From IMG/VR virus record IMGVR_UViG_3300025684_000756: DNA of 20,000 nt; one strand, given 5' to 3'. Position 1 is the stretch's first letter. Each line of letters begins with the position of its first letter. The translations under genes were made by a program, and so were the position numbers. A model generated the notes under the pieces. The model did not search any database, was not told where the DNA came from, and saw only the letters and a list, made by a program, of their open reading frames with translations. Shown here piece after piece: positions 7,585 through 16,348 of this stretch. The stretch is from an uncultured virus (IMG/VR IMGVR_UViG_3300025684_000756) (lineage: Duplodnaviria; Heunggongvirae; Uroviricota; Caudoviricetes).

Positions 7585-8038
7585 AGTATGCCCTGTAACT
7601 ACCAAATAATAAATCCCAAATAGGAACAAATAATCCATAGTTTCTATAAGGCTCTGCATGATGTACTAAATGCCATTTTCCAGATGTAATTGCTGGATAC
7701 CAACTAAATTTAGGATTGTGTTCAATTACTTCTTGTAAGAAAGCGGCCCAAAAATAGTATGCAATACTAACCCACCATTCTCCGGTTATATAACTAAAGA
7801 TTAAAGTAGGAACAACTTCTGTAATCCAAAGATCTAAAGTTGATAACCAGGTATCGTTAAACAGAAAACAATTATTCCAATGCCATTGTGTTCCGCCAGC
7901 GGTGTTAATATATTTGTGATGATCGTTATGAGCTTTAAAAGACACAGGAAACCATCTACGTCCGTGAACGTGAATGACCCTATGTATAATATAAAGTAAT
8001 AAGGTCCATAACAAAAATGTGAGTATCATGTGTATCAT
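7577..8038 (-). CDS. Sterol desaturase / fatty acid hydroxylase superfamily membrane di-iron enzyme
   Basis: His boxes HRVIH, HNDHH, EH, HLVHH, followed by NYG...WD.LFG. Confidence 0.85.
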   Translation of the reverse strand: MIHMILTFLLWTLLLYIIHRVIHVHGRRWFPVSFKAHNDHHKYINTAGGTQWHWNNCFLFNDTWLSTLDLWITEVVPTLIFSYITGEWWVSIAYYFWAAFLQEVIEHNPKFSWYPAITSGKWHLVHHAEPYRNYGLFVPIWDLLFGSYRAYSK

Positions 8039-8044
8039 TACTGC

Positions 8045-8084
8045 TATTTATTTGGTTAATTGGTTTTAGTTAATCCGATAAGTA
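8045..8084. promoter_or_regulatory. Divergent pair of late-promoter-like motifs
   Basis: ATAAATA on - strand (8051-8045), 6 nt before ATG 8038; ATAAGTA on + strand (8078-8084), 5 nt before ATG 8090; resembles T4-like TATAAATA. Confidence 0.55.
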
Positions 8085-8089
8085 GTAGT

Positions 8090-8671
8090 ATGGAAAAACT
8101 TTTTCAAAAAATTGACGATATTCCTAATATTGAGGACTTAGTGTTTAGAATTAATAAGTCTTTGTATGCACATAAAATTAATAAAACAGTAACAATTCAA
8201 TCACCCGAATATAACTTTTATGAAATGATAGATGAATTTATAAAGGCAAATCCGCATCCAGTTTGGAATGGTTTAAGTTTGAAGTCTGGGTTAATTTTTG
8301 TGTTAGGTAAAGATAAGGCACAAGGCCTACATATTGATGGTTTTAGAGCAGACAGATCAGGTGCATCAAATTATGCATTAAATATTCCAATTCGTAATAC
8401 TGGTATTGGTAGTATGGATTGGTACGGAGAAGCTCCGTACAGATTAGAGGTTCAACAAATAGCAGATGCAACTGTAATGGGAAGAAAAACAAACTCTAAC
8501 AAATATTTAAAACTTGAATGGGACGGAGAGCCAAAACTAATTGCGTCTGTAACTATTAAGGATCCTCACTTAGTTAGGATTGATGTTCCACATCAAGCAA
8601 TTAACTTATGCAAGGAAAAACCTAGAGTAATGCTTTCCATTCGATTTACGCCAGATTTAAAATGGTTATAA
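8090..8671 (+). CDS. Fe(II)/2OG-type (cupin/DSBH) oxygenase-like protein
   Basis: HID ... ALNIPI ... VRIDVPH ... RVMLSIRF (HxD...H triad plus distal Arg); ATG 8090 preferred over TTG 8060. Confidence 0.7.
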   Translation: MEKLFQKIDDIPNIEDLVFRINKSLYAHKINKTVTIQSPEYNFYEMIDEFIKANPHPVWNGLSLKSGLIFVLGKDKAQGLHIDGFRADRSGASNYALNIPIRNTGIGSMDWYGEAPYRLEVQQIADATVMGRKTNSNKYLKLEWDGEPKLIASVTIKDPHLVRIDVPHQAINLCKEKPRVMLSIRFTPDLKWL

Positions 8672-8692
8672 TATAGTATAGAAGGAGTTATC

Positions 8693-9676
8693 ATGACTAT
8701 ATCTTTAAAATTATCAGATGCGGCAGAAGAAATACCTGTCGCTAACTCTTTGCATAGAAGAGCCCCTTTTATGAAAAGCACGTTACAACCTCGAGAACCT
8801 TATCCTAGTTTAATTAAACTAGAATTAACAGAAACAGATACAGACTTATTAATCAAAGATACTTTAGAGGCTTTAGATAATGTAGGTATGTTTGGGTATA
8901 GACTAAGAGGTAAAAGACCAGATGGATCATTAAAAAGTGATACTGGTTATTTAGGAATGGGCTTAACATATAATCCTTTGCATATTGACGGAATTGAAAC
9001 AGACCCACATGAACAAGTGCAAGGAAATCACTTTAAGCATATTAAGCAGGAGTTTGGTGCAAAGTCTGGAGATGGTCGTGTTAGTCCTTATAGTAGAATG
9101 GATCAATCAGAGGCTAGAAAAATTGCAGTAAGAAAAAATACACATTATGATACTTATAGCATGGCTTTTCGTACAGAAGGTAGTAAGCATGGATACTTAG
9201 GAACATTCTTAGATAGTTTAAAAAGAAGTATGGTTAGATCTAGTCTTCGTGTAATTTCTTCTCATGGTTCTACACAAGCAATGGGTCAAAAGGGAGCAGA
9301 ACGTGCAACACAAAGACCAGGTGTTGCGTGGCACACAGACGAAATGATGTTTAACAATTTAAGAATTAATATTGCTATTAAAACATCTAAAGAGTTTGTA
9401 CTAGAGCAACAAACAAACGTAGGAAAACTAATTCACTTAGAAGCACCGTATGCATATAGTTGGGACACAGGTATTCCTCATCGTGCTTATTGTTCAGAGA
9501 AACCAGAAGAGCCTTTTTTCCGTACACATATTATGTTAGGTGTTGCTCCGTGGTTTGACTTCAATGAAGAAACCCAAACTTGGACGCAAAACGAATTCTA
9601 CGAGAAAAAACATCCATGGGATATGTTATGTGATGGAGATATTATCCCAGGTGCAAAATTGGTTAGACAAGATTAA
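8693..9676 (+). CDS. Asp/Asn beta-hydroxylase-like Fe(II)/2OG oxygenase with N-terminal extension
   Basis: WHTD ... LRINIAI.T ... YSWDTGIPH ... RTHIML; SD AAGGAG. Confidence 0.72.
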   Translation: MTISLKLSDAAEEIPVANSLHRRAPFMKSTLQPREPYPSLIKLELTETDTDLLIKDTLEALDNVGMFGYRLRGKRPDGSLKSDTGYLGMGLTYNPLHIDGIETDPHEQVQGNHFKHIKQEFGAKSGDGRVSPYSRMDQSEARKIAVRKNTHYDTYSMAFRTEGSKHGYLGTFLDSLKRSMVRSSLRVISSHGSTQAMGQKGAERATQRPGVAWHTDEMMFNNLRINIAIKTSKEFVLEQQTNVGKLIHLEAPYAYSWDTGIPHRAYCSEKPEEPFFRTHIMLGVAPWFDFNEETQTWTQNEFYEKKHPWDMLCDGDIIPGAKLVRQD

Positions 9677-9713
9677 ATTATTATCTTAAGTAAAGTAACA
9701 ACGGAGTACATTC

Positions 9714-10343
9714 ATGGAACAACATTGGGTTGCTTTAGCCACTACTGCTGAAAACAGTATACTGGCTTGGTGTTCAGATTTAAATACATTAGAACAGGCT
9801 TGCTCTGGAGAATTTCGTGCCATATGTAGAGTGTATGGTGTAACTGGAGAAGAACTTGCATTACTTCATTCTAATAAACTTAATTATAAATTACAATATA
9901 TTGATGCTAGAACTACTAAATTTGTTGACGAAGAAGATCGAGACAATGATACTGAAATACTGAGCAAAAAACTTCTTGCTAGAGTAATGTTAACAAAAGA
10001 GCTTCATCAAAGATTAGAGCATGGATATAAACGTTTCCAAAGTCTTGTTCCTTGGCAAGAAACGGCATATCTAATAAAAGAAGAACAAGCAAGACGTGTT
10101 ATTAAAGGAGATACATCTGATATAGGTTTTATACAAGATGAAGCAGAATTTAGAAAACTTCCTTTAGAAACTATTGCTAATTTAGTTATAGCAAAAGCAG
10201 ATAATTTAAAATTCCAAATAATGAAGTTAGAAAGAATTCGAATTAAAACACAAATGGCAATTAATACTATAAAAACTAAGGAGGATGTTCAGGATATTCA
10301 AGCAACGTTAGCCGAAGAATCATTTGTGAGCATGTTAATGTAA
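9714..10343 (+). CDS. Hypothetical helical protein; C-terminal half reminiscent of phage tail-fibre-associated helical domains
   Basis: SD GGAG; pattern Q...Y..K..QA...EA..R.....A..V..KA...LE..R......I; coupled to the next gene through TAATG. Confidence 0.6.
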   Translation: MEQHWVALATTAENSILAWCSDLNTLEQACSGEFRAICRVYGVTGEELALLHSNKLNYKLQYIDARTTKFVDEEDRDNDTEILSKKLLARVMLTKELHQRLEHGYKRFQSLVPWQETAYLIKEEQARRVIKGDTSDIGFIQDEAEFRKLPLETIANLVIAKADNLKFQIMKLERIRIKTQMAINTIKTKEDVQDIQATLAEESFVSMLM

Positions 10344-11401
10344 TGAAAAATTTATTATACTATATTCCGCATAGAATACTTAACTCTGGTAAAGGAGCTA
10401 ATATTAGCAATATACAACGAGACTTTTTAGGTATGTTTAATCCTTGGATTAGTTTAAGTGACAGGACTGGTACACTTGACTTAGGAGTAGATGTTTTTAA
10501 CAATAGTCCAATACCAGAAAAAAGAACTCCAGAAAGTTTTGAAAGTTGTTCTGTTAGCAGAATGACTAACATTATTAAATCTTTTCAAAACGACGAAAGT
10601 AAAGAAAAGTTAGTTATTATGTACTCAGGTGGCATTGATAGTACATTAATTGTTTGCTTATTGATATCTAGTCCATATTGGGAGGATATTAAAGATCATA
10701 TACTCTTAGCATTCAATGAAGATAGTCAAATTGAAAATCCTAAGTTTTTTAATAATGTTATATTAGATAAGTTTGGACATTGTTTAATTTCTAGTAATAA
10801 CTTTTATGACATTATTACTAACCCAAGTTATAGTGTAGTTACTGGAGAATGTGCAGATAATTTATTTGGAAGTCTAACTGTTAAAAGCTATATGGATGCA
10901 ACAGGGAAGTTTGATTGCTTACATAAAGATTGGGAATCTGGTTCGTTAGACTGGTTATTAAATAAGTCTGACCCAGAAACAAGAGATCAACGTGAACAAA
11001 TGTTATATGACTTAGTAAATGCAAGTCCTATTGATATTGCTACTAATCATGAATTTTTATGGTGGATTAACTATAGCATGAAATGGCAGGCTGTTAAGTA
11101 TCGTATGGGTATGCATTCTCCAAATAAACAACAAGCAGAGTATATGTGTGAACATATTATTAACTTCTTTGATACAGAAGATTTCCAACTGTGGGCATTA
11201 TATACAGAAGAACCAAAACTTGGAGATACTTGGGCAAGTTATAAACTTCCGGCAAAGAAACTTATTAATGAAGTAGTTGAGGATTCAACTTATCTTATAC
11301 ACAAAACAAAGTGGCCTAGTTTACCAACTATTACACGTTATAATAATTCTTGGGGTTATCTATATGAAGAAGACGGAAAACTAAGTGTTTCCAAATATTG
11401 A
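10343..11401 (+). CDS. PP-loop ATP pyrophosphatase, asparagine-synthetase synthetase-domain-like (no glutaminase domain)
   Basis: VIMYSGGIDST and VVTGECADNLFG motifs. Confidence 0.8.
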   Translation: MKNLLYYIPHRILNSGKGANISNIQRDFLGMFNPWISLSDRTGTLDLGVDVFNNSPIPEKRTPESFESCSVSRMTNIIKSFQNDESKEKLVIMYSGGIDSTLIVCLLISSPYWEDIKDHILLAFNEDSQIENPKFFNNVILDKFGHCLISSNNFYDIITNPSYSVVTGECADNLFGSLTVKSYMDATGKFDCLHKDWESGSLDWLLNKSDPETRDQREQMLYDLVNASPIDIATNHEFLWWINYSMKWQAVKYRMGMHSPNKQQAEYMCEHIINFFDTEDFQLWALYTEEPKLGDTWASYKLPAKKLINEVVEDSTYLIHKTKWPSLPTITRYNNSWGYLYEEDGKLSVSKY

Positions 11402-12187
11402 TTTTTTACTTTTTAGTTTGTAGTTAATCTTTTTCTTAAACTGGTCTGTAAAGACTCCATCTACTCTAATACTGAAAGCAGAATAAGGACTTGTATCACT
11501 TCCGTGATAGTTAGCAGTATCAAACCATGCTACTTGACTCTTAATATAATGTCTTGTATCACTATCCTTATCTTCTACAAAAAATGCTTTCCTATCCATA
11601 AACATATTAATCCAAATAAACTCATCTGGGTCTGTAACCCTATTTAAAGGATTATGATCTCTATGTGTTATACATTGCTGATCCTGGTCATTATAGAATA
11701 TTAAAGTTCTACCAATTTCACTAAAGATATTTTGTTCGTCTACCCAATCCATAAAAAACTTAAAGTTATCATAAAAGGGTCCTTCTTTATTATTTTTTGC
11801 TAAGTGCTTATCTGCATAGTCTTTTGTAATGGGTTGCTTTATAAACATATTATAACCAATGCCTTGTGCTTCAGTTACTAACTTTACAAATGTTAATGCA
11901 TAACTAGGCTTACCTGTTGCTAGGTATTCATGCACTTGTTCGTGTCCTGGTGCAGTATTATCTCCAGCAATACGTTTTAATGCAGTAGATAGTTCCTCTC
12001 CTGGATTCTCTTCTGGCCAATTCAATCCAGCACCAGCTACTGCAGGAAGTACTTGACAACCTACTTTTAATCCTAACCATGAATCAGCAAAAGCCTTACA
12101 TAGTTTTATTTTTAATTTATTAAGCCCTTCAATATCAATGTGATTGTCTAAGTTAACGTAAGGCTTTCCATTAATTTTGTATATCAT
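11381..12187 (-). CDS. Fe(II)/2OG-type oxygenase-like protein
   Basis: THRDH ... EFIWI ... WFDTANYHG ... FSIRVDG; overlaps the end of thyX. Confidence 0.65.
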   Translation of the reverse strand: MIYKINGKPYVNLDNHIDIEGLNKLKIKLCKAFADSWLGLKVGCQVLPAVAGAGLNWPEENPGEELSTALKRIAGDNTAPGHEQVHEYLATGKPSYALTFVKLVTEAQGIGYNMFIKQPITKDYADKHLAKNNKEGPFYDNFKFFMDWVDEQNIFSEIGRTLIFYNDQDQQCITHRDHNPLNRVTDPDEFIWINMFMDRKAFFVEDKDSDTRHYIKSQVAWFDTANYHGSDTSPYSAFSIRVDGVFTDQFKKKINYKLKSKKSIFGNT

Positions 12188-13040
12188 TCAACTCAAATTT
12201 TTCTACAATCTCTTGCATTTCTCGTTTACTGATACCAAAGTTTTCGCCTATCTCGTCTATCCTATTAATATCAATTTCTCTGAACATGAGAGATTTAACA
12301 AACACAAGTTCTTGTTTACTCAGCTTTACTGATTGCTCTTGGTAATCCTCAAAGGCTTCACATGCTACAGGAAACTTTTCTTTTACCATATCATACATTG
12401 CTCTAGCATATTCTTGTATTTCCCATTGTGCATGGCTATCCATTCGTAGTCTAGCATAATGTAAAAAGTTTTTAAGATTGGATTTCCAGTAACATTCTGT
12501 ATATCCGCCTACTGGAAGAACTTGCCTCGCAGTCTCTCTAGCCAAGTTAAGGTTATCGGAATGTTCTGTGTAGAGGGAGTAATCACGATCCCATGACTCG
12601 TTAATATCGTCACTGATTCGTCTTTTTGTTTCTTCGTCAAGCTCTCCTTCTCTACCTTGCTTATTGGTTGTACTTTGTGGCTTGATGTTCTCTGAGTTGG
12701 GTACATAGACTTCGTCTGTAAGTACCGAGTAGCGGGCCGAATATTCATTTAATGATGCCGTCCTATGTCTAACTAATTGCCTCATTACAAAAATAGGCAG
12801 TTTAATGTGAAACTTTACTTCGCACATCTCGAATGGCGTAGTGTGTTCATGTCGCATTAGATAACGTATTAATGCTCTATCACTACTAGCTTTTTTAGTA
12901 CCATCACCGTAACTAACACGAGCGGCTTGTACAATAGAGTTATCTGTGCCCATATAATCAACTAGGCCAATAAATCCTTTATCTAATACTTGTTTGTAAT
13001 TCGGGTCTTTATCAAAATCTATCTCCGAACATAATGTCAT
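12171..13040 (-). CDS. thyX: FAD-dependent thymidylate synthase
   Basis: QAARVSY, H.TPFE, RQLVRHRTASLNEYSARY (RHRx7S), ETARQVLP, R...HAQWEI; start placed at ATG 13040, which overlaps the desaturase stop as ATGA. Confidence 0.96.
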   Translation of the reverse strand: MTLCSEIDFDKDPNYKQVLDKGFIGLVDYMGTDNSIVQAARVSYGDGTKKASSDRALIRYLMRHEHTTPFEMCEVKFHIKLPIFVMRQLVRHRTASLNEYSARYSVLTDEVYVPNSENIKPQSTTNKQGREGELDEETKRRISDDINESWDRDYSLYTEHSDNLNLARETARQVLPVGGYTECYWKSNLKNFLHYARLRMDSHAQWEIQEYARAMYDMVKEKFPVACEAFEDYQEQSVKLSKQELVFVKSLMFREIDINRIDEIGENFGISKREMQEIVEKFELNDIQN

Positions 13041-13948
13041 ACTGTTTCCTTTGCTTCTGAGTTTCTTTCTATTATAGCATGTTTTCTGTTTCCCCACAAC
13101 CTTTTTATTTCCGAAAGTGGAGCAAACGGTAACATTATAATTAAGCAAGGATCAAACTCGTGCCATCTACCACTTACACTTGCTCCAAAATCAAAGCTAC
13201 TTGCTTCTCTATGATGGTTATTATGCCAACCACTTCCAAAATGAAAATATCCTATTGGCCAACAGTTTGTACTACAGTCTTTGTTATTGAAGTTTTGGTA
13301 GCCTGCGGCTGGAACATGTCCAAATGTATTAACCATTCCGTCCATGTGTAAACTAGATAATGCTCCCATAATCCAAAACCAAAATGTAAATTGCCATCCA
13401 AATAATAACAAACTAACTAGTAATGTTCCGTATATAATTTTATTATAATGATTATGCAACCACACAATCTTTTTATCTCTTAATAGGTCAACAGCATAAC
13501 GAAAACTTACACTATCTTGTTTAATATCAAACTGCCAACCCATGTAACTATGCCACCAGCCGTTTTCTACAGGAGTGTGAATGTCTTTGCCTGGCTGATC
13601 ACTAACTTTATGATGATGTCCTCGATGTAATGATGCCCACCATAAAGGACTTCCTTCTCCTACCATAACTGCTAACCAGTATAAGAATGGTTTCATCCAT
13701 TCACGTGGCTTCCATGATTTATGGCTTAATAGTCGGTGTAATGTTAAATTATTTCCAATACCATCTAATGTAATCCATCCACATAGCATTGCAACTAAGT
13801 ACCACCATTCCCAACCAGTGTAAATTAAATAAGGTATTAGTGTTACAGCAAGTAAATGATATGGTAACCAAATTGCTACTATAAAAGGTATTTGTTTTGT
13901 TTTTTTATATAGGCCTACCTGCCCTTGTATCCAAGCACTAATTGCCAT
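13037..13948 (-). CDS. Delta-9-type acyl-lipid / acyl-CoA fatty acid desaturase
   Basis: His boxes HRLLSH, HRGHHH.VSD...D.HTP, WWHS, VNTFGH, GWHNNHH; transmembrane segments. Confidence 0.9.
   Translation of the reverse strand: MAISAWIQGQVGLYKKTKQIPFIVAIWLPYHLLAVTLIPYLIYTGWEWWYLVAMLCGWITLDGIGNNLTLHRLLSHKSWKPREWMKPFLYWLAVMVGEGSPLWWASLHRGHHHKVSDQPGKDIHTPVENGWWHSYMGWQFDIKQDSVSFRYAVDLLRDKKIVWLHNHYNKIIYGTLLVSLLLFGWQFTFWFWIMGALSSLHMDGMVNTFGHVPAAGYQNFNNKDCSTNCWPIGYFHFGSGWHNNHHREASSFDFGASVSGRWHEFDPCLIIMLPFAPLSEIKRLWGNRKHAIIERNSEAKETV
13071..13106 (-). promoter_or_regulatory. Early-type promoter for thyX embedded in the desaturase 3' end
   Basis: Minus strand AAAAAGG-TTGTGG (13099-13094), 17-bp spacer, TGn plus TATAAT (13076-13071), about 30 nt before the thyX ATG. 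Confidence 0.7.
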
Positions 13949-14591
13949 TTATTCTCCTATTATTTCTGATTGCTTTGCCGCCTTCTGAGGGTGCTTCTGT
14001 ATCAGTTCTTCGTAGTATATATCTTCTAAAGTTCATATTATGAGGATGTAGTGTTCTTCCTAGCAGTTCATTAACTAAACTATAGTGTGTTAATGTTTTT
14101 GCTGGAATTGTCATCTCAACAAAGGTATAATACTTTTCCCGTAAGAATAACATAATACGACTATACGGATCTTCTCTATCTTCCGGATAAGTTAAAAAGA
14201 ATTCATTTAATCCAATAGCTTCGTGTATATCACAAAGCTCTGTAACTATTTCTCTAAACATTGGTACAAATTTAATTCCCATTGAAGGCGACAAAATCCA
14301 AGCAAAGCACCAACTAGGAGAATGAGGTAAACGTCTTACTCCTACAGCTGAAATTAGTTTATCATTTTTATATACTCCCCAACAGGCTCGCTGACTAAAG
14401 TTTTTAAACTTGTCAGGATCTAACATAAACATTCTAAAAAACTTTTCTCTTTCTTTAACCTGATCAATATCAAATCCTACTCTAAAATCTGGATACTTAC
14501 TAGGATCCACTCCATCGTAGATACTATCAGCAAGTTCTAAAACTTGTTGTAGATTGGTGTGGTTAAATTGTTTTAGCTTATATGCTGACAT
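13938..14591 (-). CDS. Hypothetical protein, possible GNAT-like fold
   Basis: CWGVYKNDKLISAVGV beta-hairpin pattern typical of GNATs; overlaps both neighbours. Confidence 0.45.
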   Translation of the reverse strand: MSAYKLKQFNHTNLQQVLELADSIYDGVDPSKYPDFRVGFDIDQVKEREKFFRMFMLDPDKFKNFSQRACWGVYKNDKLISAVGVRRLPHSPSWCFAWILSPSMGIKFVPMFREIVTELCDIHEAIGLNEFFLTYPEDREDPYSRIMLFLREKYYTFVEMTIPAKTLTHYSLVNELLGRTLHPHNMNFRRYILRRTDTEAPSEGGKAIRNNRRINGN

Positions 14592-15520
14592 ACTGTTTCA
14601 ATCCCTTGCTCTAAATTATGCTTTAATAGGTCTGTTGGTATAGTATACTCTACAGGAGTATAACTGTCTAATGACAGATGTCTATTTTCTTCTACATAGT
14701 CCCATAGGTGCATATAGTTTTCCATACCATGATACTTTGGTCTCATTCTAAATTTAAATCCTGCCTCAGAGTAAATTCTCATTTTACTACTAGTCCATCC
14801 GTACTTGTATTCAAAGTTATCGTTTATTAATAAACTTGCTGTTGGTAGATTTAAAAAGGCAAGCATTGCTTCAGGTGTATATGTGTAGAAATTATTTAAT
14901 GCTACTTGTCCTGTCTTATCTTGGAATCGTCTCCACACACCGTCTTGATCTTCCTTTTTTAAGAAAACCCAACCCCACGTTGTCTCACCTGTATTGTAAT
15001 CTACAGTTGGCTTCTTTTCTAATTCTACTTCATCGACTGACATCATAGGCTCTTTAAAATCCTCAACAACCTTCATTAGTATTTGTTGATAAAAAGTATA
15101 AGATTGATATTTCTCTGCAATGTCTAAATACTCTCCACTTAAACAAAACTCTTCTGGATCAAACTCTATAACCTCAACTTTCTCATTAAATTCAGATTTC
15201 ATCATTTCCATCATTGGTCCAATATCATACATGTTAGATTCATCTTTAAATTTAATGGTTACTAGTCTCGGTTTAAGACCAGCGGCTTTAAAACTACGAA
15301 ATGCAATTTCGCTATCTAGACCGCCACTCATAAAAAGTGTTAAGTCTGGATACTGATCAATTATCATTTGGGCATTGCGACGCCATTCAATCTTTGCACT
15401 AAAAGTTGGTCTAGTACAACCACCAACAGACATACTAGTAATATCTGTTTCACTAGTTCTCCAGATAGATTCTTTATCTTCGTTGTACCAGTATGTTAAA
15501 TGATTGTTTAACGTGTTCAT
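14573..15520 (-). CDS. PP-loop (adenine nucleotide alpha hydrolase / AsnB-like) ATPase
   Basis: TLFMSGGLDSE motif after a hydrophobic strand; C-terminal K..IY...RPKYHG.E. Confidence 0.72.
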   Translation of the reverse strand: MNTLNNHLTYWYNEDKESIWRTSETDITSMSVGGCTRPTFSAKIEWRRNAQMIIDQYPDLTLFMSGGLDSEIAFRSFKAAGLKPRLVTIKFKDESNMYDIGPMMEMMKSEFNEKVEVIEFDPEEFCLSGEYLDIAEKYQSYTFYQQILMKVVEDFKEPMMSVDEVELEKKPTVDYNTGETTWGWVFLKKEDQDGVWRRFQDKTGQVALNNFYTYTPEAMLAFLNLPTASLLINDNFEYKYGWTSSKMRIYSEAGFKFRMRPKYHGMENYMHLWDYVEENRHLSLDSYTPVEYTIPTDLLKHNLEQGIETVCQHIS

Positions 15521-15699
15521 TTTAGATCTAATTCCATTTGTTCTTCTTCTTCAAAGTTTTCTCCGTTTACTGCCCAGTCTAGTCCGTTAATGTCTGCATC
15601 ATGTTGTGATACTCTATACTCTAGTGCTTTGATTCTAGTGTATAATTCATCAATAAGTTCTGAGGAAACATATGTATATCCATTTTTAACTGTAGTCAT
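15517..15699 (-). CDS. Small hypothetical protein (60 aa, short coiled coil, acidic tail)
   Basis: Overlaps both neighbours (ATGA junction at 15517-15520) and fills the operon gap. Confidence 0.65.
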   Translation of the reverse strand: MTTVKNGYTYVSSELIDELYTRIKALEYRVSQHDADINGLDWAVNGENFEEEEQMELDLK

Positions 15700-16333
15700 T
15701 TTGTATCCTTTTCACATCATGTTTAAGTTGATCCATTGAAAAGCGAGTACAAGGTTTAATAACTGCCCATTGTGTAGTTGAATGAACTGTTATTGGATTC
15801 TCAATAGGAACACAATCAGTCCACCAGTTACTCCATACACCACTAACACTAGAAGGCGTTTCGCCTGTCTTATATGCTTGAGAAATAATTTCCCATATTA
15901 ACTTGTTATATTCATTAAAAGTTAGTATCATTCCGTTTTTATTATTTGCCATTGCCCAGTTTAAGTTTGCTGTTAGTAAGTGTTTTGTTATATTATGATC
16001 TAGTCTATAGTCTTTGTCCATCCATAAACGATTTCCGCCACTAGCATAATCAGGATGTAAGTTAGAATGTTCTACTGCACTAACACCTACTATTGAACCT
16101 TTTTCTAAGTCATATAATAAATCAATTTGTCCTGTATCACCTGTCCAACGTCTATGCTCGTTTCTTTCTTCTTTAATAAGATACAATAGTCCAGAAGGTT
16201 CAGAATTATCCATGTTGGGTATTACATGTGATTTTCCTTCGTCTTTAGTCATTCTTTGTAGGAATGTATTATATGCAGATTCATGTTTTTTAAAACTCTC
16301 TGCATTTGTGGTTTGTATTTCTAAAATTTGCAT
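15686..16333 (-). CDS. GNAT-like acyltransferase
   Basis: IVGVSAV ... RLWMDKDYR ... LL...L.WA ... ILTFNEYN matches the GNAT motif A/B layout. Confidence 0.6.
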   Translation of the reverse strand: MQILEIQTTNAESFKKHESAYNTFLQRMTKDEGKSHVIPNMDNSEPSGLLYLIKEERNEHRRWTGDTGQIDLLYDLEKGSIVGVSAVEHSNLHPDYASGGNRLWMDKDYRLDHNITKHLLTANLNWAMANNKNGMILTFNEYNKLIWEIISQAYKTGETPSSVSGVWSNWWTDCVPIENPITVHSTTQWAVIKPCTRFSMDQLKHDVKRIQNDYS

Positions 16334-16348
16334 ACTAGTATGTATCTG

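Noticed and set aside
8645..8672. Possible sigma70 promoter TTTACG-16-TATAAT before 8693
   Set aside because: Weak -35, does not match the repeated motif, and is plausible by chance in AT-rich DNA; not listed as a feature
13041..13148. N-terminal extension of ThyX given in the ORF track
   Set aside because: Overlaps the desaturase and a likely promoter; ATG 13040 gives ATGA coupling and a normal-length protein
10343..15520. PP-loop proteins as QueC (7-deazaguanine DNA modification)
   Set aside because: SGGxDS is shared by all PP-loop enzymes; no QueC C-terminal Cys zinc motif, and no folE, queD, queE or dpdA in the window
15517..15699. 60-aa ORF as a lasso or other RiPP precursor for the adjacent AsnB-like enzyme
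   Set aside because: No recognisable leader-core pattern; looks like a coiled coil with an acidic tail; no leader peptidase or RRE recognised nearby
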